A stretch of DNA of 64,000 nucleotides from Candidatus Falkowbacteria bacterium (lineage in GTDB: Bacteria > Patescibacteriota > Patescibacteriia > Patescibacteriales > WJLG01): NCBI GenBank assembly GCA_963747695.1, contig CAVVFV010000010.1, positions 5,618 to 69,617 of the forward strand. The letters are read 5' to 3'. The position numbers and the translations under genes were made by a program. Below the pieces are notes generated by a model. That model did no database searches. It was given only the letters and a program-made list of their open reading frames with translations, and was not told where the DNA came from. Of the stretch, positions 54,859-62,852 are shown one piece after another. The stretch's first letter is position 1, and every line of letters begins with the position of its first letter.

Positions 54859-54930
54859 TTGCGGGGGCCGGATTTGAACCGGCGACCTCCAGGTTATGGG
54901 CCTGGCGAGCTGCCACTGCTCTACCCCGCG
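54859..54930 (-). tRNA. initiator tRNA-fMet (anticodon CAT)
   Basis: C1/A72 mismatch, A11:T24, anticodon loop CCCATAA, T-arm GCCGG-TTCAAAT-CCGGC. Very similar to E. coli tRNA-fMet. No encoded CCA. Confidence 0.85.
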
Positions 54931-54941
54931 ATGTTCAGATC

Positions 54942-55010
54942 GAAAGATAAGAGAGAATAGATAAGAGATATTTAAATCCCCGTTCATTATCTCTTCTCTC
55001 TTATCTTTAA
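54942..55010. repeat. 'aagataagaga' hairpin between tRNA-Ile and tRNA-fMet
   Basis: Left arm 54942..54970 and right arm ~54988..55008 are complementary. Confidence 0.7.
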
Positions 55011-55030
55011 TCTGCTCTCTGTTTAAGGTG

Positions 55031-55104
55031 TGGGCAATGATGGAATCGAACCATCGACCTCGTCATTATCAGTGACGCGCTCTAGCCATCTGAGCTAATT
55101 GCCC
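55031..55104 (-). tRNA. tRNA-Ile (anticodon GAT)
   Basis: Acceptor GGGCAAT/ATTGCCC, anticodon loop CTGATAA, T-arm GATGG-TTCGATT-CCATC. No encoded CCA. Confidence 0.9.
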
Positions 55105-55318
55105 GAAAAAATAATGCTAATTTTCGAATGATGCGAATCTACGAATATAATAATTCGCCTGTTCCCGATTCACATTTAAAGGTGCTTTAAATTCCGCAAA
55201 TGTCATAACTCGCCTTAAGCCAAATTGTACATACGAAAAAAAGCCCCCATAAAGCTGATGTCAATATAACAAGAAGTCATGGAAAAAGCAAGCTAATTTT
55301 AGACGATATTTATTGTAT

Positions 55319-55355
55319 AAAAAAAAGGCTTATCCGTCAATGACGAATAAGCCTT
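55319..55355 (-). terminator. intrinsic terminator after ORF 55362..56021
   Basis: Stem aaggcttat/ataagcctt followed by TTTTTTTT on the minus strand. Confidence 0.75.
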
Positions 55356-55361
55356 AACCGT

Positions 55362-56021
55362 TTAATACTTGGCGATACGATCCTGCGACATCGGGAATGT
55401 ATCGCTTAAAAAATTCACTCCGATAACCAGAGTGTCTTTCCGGAATTGAGTCGTCGCCACCTGGTCTTTTCCTGCCAGCGACCAGGAACATCGCGTCTTA
55501 TTGATTTGATCGAGATGTCCGCTGTTTTCCCTGTACCACTTGAGATGGTAAAGCATCATATGGCGCAGGGCCAGAGTCTGGATATTTTCAGCTCTGATCT
55601 TTTTGGCGGTTGTCTCCCGGCGCAAACATCTTTTACCGATATCGGACAGGTCTTCGCAGCGAACGGCATGCGGCTCAACAAAACCCGGCCACTCTCTTTC
55701 AGTAACACCGTTCAGGCTATCCGAAAATTCAATCTCAACCGGATAGACTCTTCGCGAAACGAACAGCAGCTTCTCATAAGAAAGGATTTTTGAGCCTGGG
55801 TCAAAAATGACGCGATTATAGCCCCCTTCGCTTTCCGGAAGCTTAACGCTGGAAAAAGGGAACCTGATGCCGAAATCACTGCAAAAAAAACCATACCAAT
55901 CTTCCGACAGATCGCCAAAAAGTTTCGCCTCGGCCATGGATTTTTGCGACTCCGCCCGGCAAGATTCGATCTTCAAATCCTGGGCTGACTTTTTTCTGAA
56001 TGGATTCCAAAAAGGTTTCAT
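55362..56021 (-). CDS. hypothetical protein (orphan by eye)
   Basis: 219 aa. ATG with a GGAGG Shine-Dalgarno 7 nt upstream. Its own terminator lies at 55319..55355. No motif recognised. Confidence 0.6.
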   Translation of the reverse strand: MKPFWNPFRKKSAQDLKIESCRAESQKSMAEAKLFGDLSEDWYGFFCSDFGIRFPFSSVKLPESEGGYNRVIFDPGSKILSYEKLLFVSRRVYPVEIEFSDSLNGVTEREWPGFVEPHAVRCEDLSDIGKRCLRRETTAKKIRAENIQTLALRHMMLYHLKWYRENSGHLDQINKTRCSWSLAGKDQVATTQFRKDTLVIGVNFLSDTFPMSQDRIAKY

Positions 56022-56202
56022 TGGCTACCTCCAATTACGTTTAAGATATAAAGGACATTAAAAATCTTTATAAATTACCAAATTTTGGCTATTTTGTCAA
56101 TCATAGTTATCCACAATTGGTAAATATTATCGCTAATATTAAGTAAATAAAATTAGCTTGCCTGACGGCAAACTAATTTTTTTATCACAAATTAGTGCAA
56201 TT

Positions 56203-58029
56203 CTATAATTTTATCAACTTACTGAATTCCTCCTCCTGCTGAAACGGCCCGATCACGGCCAGATTCAATTTTTCATTCTGGAAGATATCTTTGGCGACCC
56301 GGCGGATGTCTTCAGCCTTGACCTTGTCGACCTTGGCGAAATATTCTTCGGGGGTCAGTAGATTTTCCTTGAGCACTTCCCGCTGCGCGTACCAATTGGC
56401 GACATTATCCGAAGCCTCAAAACCGATCACGGTGCGGCCTTTGATCAAATCTTTAGCGCGTTTCAGTTCGGCGGCACTCACTGGTTTGGTTTTTAATTTT
56501 TTATATTCTCCCAAGATTAATTTGATCGCCTGTTCCTGTTTGCCGACCGGAATCCCCGCTTGCGTGGTCAGATAACCGGTATCAGTATAAGTTTCCACGG
56601 TCGTATGGACGAAATAAGCCAAGCCTCTCTTTTCCCGCAATTCGCTGAACATCCGCGAACTCATCGACCCGCCCAGCAGCACCGACAAAACTTTTGAAAT
56701 TATTTTATCTTCATGATAAGTGTCATAAGCGCGCACCCCTAAAGAGATGATCGCCTGATTACCTTCCTTATAATGGATCCGAACCGCCGGCGCCTTTTGC
56801 GCGTCCGGAATGCGGATCTTGTCTTTGAAAGGCGAACGGGTCATCTTGCCGAAATAGCGGGCGGCCAGACGCTCGGTCTTCTCGCCGATATCTCCGGCCA
56901 GACAAAGCACCGCCGAGTTGGCGCCGTATTGCGAAGTGAAATAGTTTACGAAATTCTGGCGCTTGAAAGCCAGGATATTGGCTTTCGTACCGGCAATCTC
57001 GCGGCCGGCCGGCGTATCGCCGTAAAGGCAGGCTTCAAAAACGTCTTCAATATACATCATCGGATTTTCGTGATACATATTGATCTCCTCGACGATCACG
57101 CCTCTTTCTTTATTGATCTCCGTGCTGGAAAATTCCGAATTCAAAAGCATATCGGATAAAATATCCAAAGCCATCGCGATCTTGGAACTGTCGACCTTGA
57201 TATAATAACCGGTATATTCTTTGGCGGTAAAAGCGTTATATTCGCATCCCAGCGCATCTAATTCGCTGGAAATTTTCTGGGCGTTCGGCCTTTTTTTCGT
57301 CCCCTTGAAAAACATATGCTCGAGAAAATGCGAAAGCCCGCTCATCGACAAGCTTTCGTATTTCGCGCCCGTGCCGAACATCACCAGCGCGGTGATGGTC
57401 TTGGTGCCTCCGATCGGCGCCATGATCAATTTCAAACCGTTGTCCAGAAGACTGCGATGATATGAGCCGGCCGCGGCTGTCTGGCAGGCTTCCGGCCGGG
57501 CGATTTCCACGCCATCGCCGGGCTTGATCCTTAACGAAGTCCGTTCGGCGATTTTTTCGGCAAAGGATTTCCCGACGACTGCGGTTTCCGCCGTCTTCCG
57601 GCCCCGGGCTCCGCTTCGAATCGGCACTTGCCGCAAATTTACCGCTCCGCCAGCCGGTGAAATTTCCCGTTCGTCAGCAAGCCGTTTCGGCCTGGCGCTT
57701 CGGATCGCCACCTCTTGATTCGGCGGTTCCGCCGCTCTTTCGCGCAAGTCTAAATTACTCGTCTCGCGTCTCGATTCATTCGAATCATTATTAAGCCGGG
57801 AAAGTTTTTTCTCGACTTTGCTTAAGAATGAATGAGACGGCGCAATTTCGCCCGGACCAAGTTCCGCTTCGGACTGCCGCAACGCCTGCCAATCATCGGC
57901 CTCCTCGCTGGCTCTCTGCCGCTGTCCTTGCCCGGAAATCCTGACCTGAACTTGCCGCTGCACCGAAGGGCGCTCCGCTTCGGGATCTTTTCGGCGCAAA
58001 TCCAACTTATCAATTTTTACCTTAGCCAT
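56203..58029 (-). CDS. M16 (pitrilysin) family zinc peptidase with ~190-aa charged/disordered N-terminal extension
   Basis: 608 aa with the inverted zinc motif 'HFLEHMFFKGT'. The canonical domain starts near 'YHRSLLDNGLKLI'. Confidence 0.85.
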   Translation of the reverse strand: MAKVKIDKLDLRRKDPEAERPSVQRQVQVRISGQGQRQRASEEADDWQALRQSEAELGPGEIAPSHSFLSKVEKKLSRLNNDSNESRRETSNLDLRERAAEPPNQEVAIRSARPKRLADEREISPAGGAVNLRQVPIRSGARGRKTAETAVVGKSFAEKIAERTSLRIKPGDGVEIARPEACQTAAAGSYHRSLLDNGLKLIMAPIGGTKTITALVMFGTGAKYESLSMSGLSHFLEHMFFKGTKKRPNAQKISSELDALGCEYNAFTAKEYTGYYIKVDSSKIAMALDILSDMLLNSEFSSTEINKERGVIVEEINMYHENPMMYIEDVFEACLYGDTPAGREIAGTKANILAFKRQNFVNYFTSQYGANSAVLCLAGDIGEKTERLAARYFGKMTRSPFKDKIRIPDAQKAPAVRIHYKEGNQAIISLGVRAYDTYHEDKIISKVLSVLLGGSMSSRMFSELREKRGLAYFVHTTVETYTDTGYLTTQAGIPVGKQEQAIKLILGEYKKLKTKPVSAAELKRAKDLIKGRTVIGFEASDNVANWYAQREVLKENLLTPEEYFAKVDKVKAEDIRRVAKDIFQNEKLNLAVIGPFQQEEEFSKLIKL

Positions 58030-58077
58030 AATATTAAATGATAGTTCCTTTTCTTCTCCCGCCAGAGCAGGATCCGT

Positions 58078-59568
58078 TTAGGATGACAATGTATTTTTAA
58101 ATGTAAAACCCATTAATCCCCAAAACAACAAGACGCCGAAATGCAAACTCCAAAAATAATGGTCGAACATCATTATTATAACTAAAATCAAGAGTATCGA
58201 CAAGTTTAAAATATTCTTTTTGTTCCACGATTTGACAAACAGATAAACCAATAAGACGGCAAAGAATAATAATCCAAAAATTCCGGTCTCCGCCCAGACC
58301 AGCAGAAAGACATTGTGCACCGGATTAAGCGTGTCCCAGGCGCGCTGCGGATCATTGACGGCGAGCGCTTTGGTGTAATTTCCGATACCTGAGCCGAATA
58401 GCCAATTTTTCCGGATCAGCCCGAGTGAATCATCCTGATAGGTCTTCCTTTCCGAAATTGATTTAAGCTCCAGCCGGGACGAAACCTGGGCGCGGGTGAT
58501 GAATAAATTCTCGTAACTAACAAAAATGACTCCGAATAAGAACGCCGCGATGACGGCGATCAATCCCAGCCGCTTTAAGGCCGCCCAATCCCGGTTGAAC
58601 CAATAAAAAATGGCCATCAAGATCAAACCGCCGGCCAGAGCCAGCGCGGCCGACCGCGAAAAGGTAAAGACGAAAGCAGACGATAAAGTAAGAAGTAAGA
58701 AGTAAAAAGTAAAAATATTTATAATTTTTAACTTTTCGCTTTTAACAATATCTCGCTTGAAGTAACCGCTTAAATAAATATAAACCAATATTATTAACCC
58801 GATCGCCAAAAGGCCGCCCAGAATATTCGGGTGATCCAGGGATCCGTAGGCTCGCAGCCAGCGTTCGGAAATACCGTTCGCTCCGGCGGTTTCGATCACC
58901 GCCGTGCCAAGATCTTTTGAAGAATGAGCGGCCAAACCCAGCCATTTATCCGCGAAGGTTCCCTGCAGCAAGAATTGCCCGATCGCCAAACCGGACTGGA
59001 TCAGCAGACCAGAAAAAAAGGCCGCGGCCAATTTAACCTGACTGTAGCGAGCCTTGACGATCAGCCAGAATAATCCCAGGCCGAGCAAAAAAATCAGATA
59101 GCGATAAACCGCCAAGATGGTATCGGATGCGAAAAAAATCGAGATAAAAACAAATAAATCCAAGCCTGACAAAATCATCCAAATCCCCGCTCCTTTCCAA
59201 GGATCCCCCCTCCTTTCCAAGGAGGGTTTTAGGGGTGGTTCTGGTTGGTGGTTCTCGAGTTGGTCTATTCCCGGAATAAGTTCATTGCGTTTCTGCGCCT
59301 TGGTTCGCCATGACCAAATAAAATATAAAATCAATAAACCGATCAATAAAATATCCGTCCCGTACAGCGCGATCGTCCCGTATTCCCAAACGCCGCCGCC
59401 CAGCTGCGTCTGGCGCAAAATCAACTTTGTCTGCCAAGGAAGCAAAAATACTAACAAATACAAACCATATTCGAGTAAATTTTCAATTTTCAATTTACAA
59501 TTTTCCCTGGCCGCGTCCCGCGTCCGCGGGCAGGCAAACAATTTTAAAATTTTAAATTTTTTAAACAT
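58078..59568 (-). CDS. O-antigen ligase / polymerase-like (Wzy_C-type) polytopic membrane protein
   Basis: 496 aa with more than 10 TM segments. 'FSRSAALALAGGLILM' resembles the Wzy_C loop region. The ATG directly abuts the upstream stop (TAAATG). Confidence 0.7.
   Translation of the reverse strand: MFKKFKILKLFACPRTRDAARENCKLKIENLLEYGLYLLVFLLPWQTKLILRQTQLGGGVWEYGTIALYGTDILLIGLLILYFIWSWRTKAQKRNELIPGIDQLENHQPEPPLKPSLERRGDPWKGAGIWMILSGLDLFVFISIFFASDTILAVYRYLIFLLGLGLFWLIVKARYSQVKLAAAFFSGLLIQSGLAIGQFLLQGTFADKWLGLAAHSSKDLGTAVIETAGANGISERWLRAYGSLDHPNILGGLLAIGLIILVYIYLSGYFKRDIVKSEKLKIINIFTFYFLLLTLSSAFVFTFSRSAALALAGGLILMAIFYWFNRDWAALKRLGLIAVIAAFLFGVIFVSYENLFITRAQVSSRLELKSISERKTYQDDSLGLIRKNWLFGSGIGNYTKALAVNDPQRAWDTLNPVHNVFLLVWAETGIFGLLFFAVLLVYLFVKSWNKKNILNLSILLILVIIMMFDHYFWSLHFGVLLFWGLMGFTFKNTLSS
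59185..59259. repeat. GC-rich hairpin/direct-repeat element in frame in the ligase-like ORF
   Basis: 'ctcctttccaagga' occurs twice (59190..59203, 59210..59223). Hairpin ccctcc-ttggaaa-ggaggg. Translated 'PPLKPSLERRGDPWKG'. Confidence 0.6.
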
Positions 59569-60627
59569 TTAGTTTATTCTTAATTCTTCTTTCTTAATTC
59601 TTAATTGTTCGCGAAACTCTCGCCTGCGGTCATTCTCATGGAACTTCAGCATTTTATCATTGATCACCACCCTGGTGTCGCCTGTCGCCGCCATCGCTTT
59701 GATTTGAGGATTAATTTTCCACCACTGGATCGTTTGGGCTGATTTTTCCAGCCAATCGCCCAACACGCCTGATAAAAAAAATGTCCGGATTCTTTTAATC
59801 GTTCCTGAAAAGGCATTATCGGCAACGCACCGGATTTTTACCGGCTGTTTCGGCAGAATGTTAGGAAAAAAATTCTTGATCCATGAATTGGCAACCCAGA
59901 GTCTTTCATAACATTCCAGGCCGTAAATCGGCTCCAAAAAACCGAGCCAGTAACAAAAATAGGGGTCGGCCAGATCGGTAGGCCCGCAATATTTTGCGGG
60001 CTTTAAAGCGATTTCTTCTAAATTCAAATTATCTTCGCTTAAATAAAAACTTAAACAAACCCGATCCGCGGTTTTCTGGCCGCGGGCGCGCAGGCGAAAT
60101 AAATCCAAAATTATCGTGGCGCAAAATCTGGTCAGCCATAAACGTTTCGGCGCGGTGATGATGAAAAAATCAATATCCGATTCGGGGCGATAATAAAAAT
60201 TATTGCAAATTGCCACCATCTTGACGGTCGGAATAAAATGCAGCAGCCAGGCCGCGCGCTTGGCGATCTTGAATTTCTTCTCGGATAAATAAAAAAATTC
60301 TCGCCTTTTTTCGATCAACCCCTCACGTCCAGCCAAAAAATAAAAACCGTTTAATTCCCCTCTTGAGAGGGGTGGACAGCCCCTGGCTGGACGGGGTGTG
60401 TTAAGGTTGGGCGAAAAAAATAAGCTTGATGTGTTCCCCATCGTAACACACCCCGCCTCGCCGGGCTCGGCACCCCTCTCGAGAGGGGACTTTTCGCCAA
60501 GCACTTGTAGTAATTCTCCCAATTCCGCCTTCACTGGCAAAAACCGCCAGATTTCCATGGCGGTCAGCGGATAATCGAAAATATCCAGAAAAAGCAAGGG
60601 TTTTATAATGTCTTCTTGGCTAACCAT
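59569..60627 (-). CDS. conserved hypothetical protein; possible nucleotidyltransferase-fold ('SDIDFFIIT'), tentative
   Basis: The 354-aa track ORF starts at a TTG (60633); an ATG lies at 60627. It contains a ~135-nt GC-rich palindromic insertion read in frame. Confidence 0.6.
   Translation of the reverse strand: MVSQEDIIKPLLFLDIFDYPLTAMEIWRFLPVKAELGELLQVLGEKSPLERGAEPGEAGCVTMGNTSSLFFSPNLNTPRPARGCPPLSRGELNGFYFLAGREGLIEKRREFFYLSEKKFKIAKRAAWLLHFIPTVKMVAICNNFYYRPESDIDFFIITAPKRLWLTRFCATIILDLFRLRARGQKTADRVCLSFYLSEDNLNLEEIALKPAKYCGPTDLADPYFCYWLGFLEPIYGLECYERLWVANSWIKNFFPNILPKQPVKIRCVADNAFSGTIKRIRTFFLSGVLGDWLEKSAQTIQWWKINPQIKAMAATGDTRVVINDKMLKFHENDRRREFREQLRIKKEELRIN
60355..60490. repeat. GC-rich palindromic element inserted in frame in ORF 59569..60627
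   Basis: The termini 'cccctcttgagaggggtgg' (60357..) and 'ggcacccctctcgagagggg' (..60488) are inverted copies. An inner 11-bp inverted repeat joins 60393..60403 and 60444..60454. Translated as 'SPLERG...PPLSRGE'. Confidence 0.75.
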
Positions 60628-60698
60628 TGACAAAATTAATATAATATGTAAGAATCAAGTGTCAAAGAATGTCCATTAACCTCAAAAAGGGAGATATC

Positions 60699-60914
60699 AT
60701 GCGATTCACTTTATACGCCGCCATCGTCCTTACCGTTTTAACAATTATAGAATTAATAGTTGGGACAATACTATTTGTTCTGCCCGCGACCCACAATTCG
60801 CCATTGGGATTTACGGCGAGCATGGCATCTATTTTATTTCCATTTCCCACAATAATCCTTTGGGCGATCTATCTCTCGGCGAGAGATATCCTTAAGAAGG
60901 TGGAAAAAAAATAA
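60699..60914 (+). CDS. small two-TM membrane protein
   Basis: The ATG at 60699 is preceded by AGGGAG. The track ORF starts earlier, at 60669. It has two hydrophobic helices. Confidence 0.5.
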   Translation: MRFTLYAAIVLTVLTIIELIVGTILFVLPATHNSPLGFTASMASILFPFPTIILWAIYLSARDILKKVEKK

Positions 60915-60979
60915 TCGTAAAACATATCTCCCGAACCACGCAAATAGCCCTCACCTTCAACTCACAAAGGAGACAATGT

Positions 60980-61180
60980 ATGAAAGGAACATTAACGATC
61001 ACCGGCGCAACAAAGCAGCAAATCGCCAGATTGGAATCATTATTTCCCGGTAAACTGCTTTTCGACTCTGCACAAAAAAAAGAAATTACCGTAGTCCTGT
61101 TCAGCACCGACAGTCCAGACGATCAGCAGGAGGCAGCCGCGGCAGTATTCGTTCTCGAGAATACTATTCAAAAACAATGA
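60980..61180 (+). CDS. small hypothetical protein (66 aa)
   Basis: ATG preceded by an AAGGAG. Followed by the plus-strand terminator at 61206..61237. Confidence 0.5.
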   Translation: MKGTLTITGATKQQIARLESLFPGKLLFDSAQKKEITVVLFSTDSPDDQQEAAAAVFVLENTIQKQ

Positions 61181-61205
61181 ATGGAAGATCAAGTTACGAT
61201 TCGAC

Positions 61206-61237
61206 GGCCTTCAAATCACTGAAGGCTGTTTTTATTT
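61206..61237 (+). terminator. intrinsic terminator of the small plus-strand gene pair
   Basis: Stem ggccttca/tgaaggc followed by TGTTTTTATTT. Confidence 0.65.
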
Positions 61238-61294
61238 GATGCCATAATCCTTGCTACTTTTTAAATAAACGCGGCAAAGACTTTTACGATGATA

Positions 61295-61344
61295 GATTCC
61301 TCGCCGCGCCGGCTCCGCCCAAGGCGGACGCAGTCGGAATGACA
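61295..61344. repeat. GC-rich REP-like element ('gattcc...ccgcccaaggcgg...ggaatgaca')
   Basis: Internal hairpin ccgcc-caa-ggcgg. The ends gattcc/ggaatg are complementary. Confidence 0.55.
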
Positions 61345-61389
61345 GGGGGAAGGTTAAACCTTCTTACTTCTTACTTTTTACTTGTTACT

Positions 61390-62529
61390 TCATTCTTCCC
61401 CTTTCGGCCTTTCCAATTCCAGCACTTCTATTTTTGATTCCTCGCCGGTTATCCTAATTACATCTTTATCGACTTTCTTGAATTCTTTATACGCCGAATT
61501 GTAATGATTAACAGTCGTACACAAAGAATTGCCGAGCTTCTGGAAATATTCATCATAAGAATTAAGATGCCGGCCGAGTTTTTCGACGTTGGCCTGGATT
61601 TCCTTGGCCGTTTCTTCGATCTTCATCGCCTTCAAACCTTGCAGGACGGTTTGCAGATAAGCCAGGAAAGAAGTCGGTGAAACGATAATAACTTTGCGGT
61701 CGCGGAAGGCGTATTCGATCAAATCGCGAGTATTTATTTTAACGGCGCCGACTTTGTTGATCAACAGATCATAATAGATCGCTTCAGAAGGGATGAACAT
61801 AAACGCGAAATCCATCGTCCCCTTCTCCGGTTTGATATATTTGGAAGTCTCATCAATGCGATTTTTAAGATCCTGGCGGAAAACTTTTTCCAGATTTTCC
61901 CGCTCGGTAGCGTCAGTGGCATCCAGAATACGTTGATAATTTTCCAGAGAAAATTTGGCATCGATCGGAATGATCTTGTCTTTGACAAAGACGACGGCAT
62001 CGACGATCAAATCGGCCGCGCCATTCTTATCCTTGCCCAATTTATATTGCATCTCGTAAGCGCCGGGCGGCAAAACATTCTTCAAAGTTTCTTCCAAAAA
62101 ATATTCTCCCAAGACGCCGCGCTGTTTCGGATTCTGTAAAATATCCTGCAAATTCTGCAATTGGCCAGAAAAATTTATTACTTGCTTATTCGTTTCATCC
62201 AGCTTTGCCAGTTTTTCCGAAACTTCAGTGATCACTTTCTGCGATTGGGTATGCATTTCCATCATCATCTTATTCGCCTGGCCGGTCACGCCCTGCATCA
62301 ACCCGGCCGTCTTGCCGAACTGATCCTGTGTCGTCTTGTAAGCTTCAGAAAGTTTGGCGTCGAGCGCTTTACGCATTTCTTCATTCTGAGCGCCTAAGTT
62401 GGCCAAACGCTCCATCATCACCGCAATCTTTTCATCACCCACCCCGCCTTTTTTATTGAGTAAAAAATAAACGACCGCCGCCAGGCCCAAAAGGACTAAA
62501 ATCAATAAAACAATAGTTAACAGCTGCAT
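61390..62529 (-). CDS. rmuC: DNA recombination protein RmuC
   Basis: 379 aa. N-terminal TM, a long coiled-coil region, and a C-terminal 'FMFIPSEAIYYDL...VIIVSPTSFLAYL'. Confidence 0.85.
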   Translation of the reverse strand: MQLLTIVLLILVLLGLAAVVYFLLNKKGGVGDEKIAVMMERLANLGAQNEEMRKALDAKLSEAYKTTQDQFGKTAGLMQGVTGQANKMMMEMHTQSQKVITEVSEKLAKLDETNKQVINFSGQLQNLQDILQNPKQRGVLGEYFLEETLKNVLPPGAYEMQYKLGKDKNGAADLIVDAVVFVKDKIIPIDAKFSLENYQRILDATDATERENLEKVFRQDLKNRIDETSKYIKPEKGTMDFAFMFIPSEAIYYDLLINKVGAVKINTRDLIEYAFRDRKVIIVSPTSFLAYLQTVLQGLKAMKIEETAKEIQANVEKLGRHLNSYDEYFQKLGNSLCTTVNHYNSAYKEFKKVDKDVIRITGEESKIEVLELERPKGEE

Positions 62530-62633
62530 ATTATGATAATTAATTTATTTGAATTATTACTAAATTTTAGCATTTTAGCGGCCCAAAATCAAGTCAAACA
62601 AAAAACTGCTTATTCGTATAGTTAAGCAGTTAT

Positions 62634-62840
62634 TTATTCAAGATATTTGAACCGCGGCACGATCTTCCCGTCAACTTCCACGCTTTCCAGAAACATTGCC
62701 AGCGGCCGAACCCAGAGGCCGCCGTCATCATATAATTTCTTATAAACGACCAGCTCTTCCTCGGTCTCACTATGCCTGGCCACGCCCAAAACTTCATACC
62801 GCTTGCCTTTATAATGCTGATAAACTCCCAATTTAAGCAC
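62634..62840 (-). CDS. DUF1653 domain protein
   Basis: 68 aa, GTG start. 'YQHYKGKRYEVLGVARHSETEEELVVYKKLYDDGGLWVRPLAMF'. Confidence 0.8.
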   Translation of the reverse strand: MLKLGVYQHYKGKRYEVLGVARHSETEEELVVYKKLYDDGGLWVRPLAMFLESVEVDGKIVPRFKYLE

Positions 62841-62852
62841 AAGACTAAAAAA

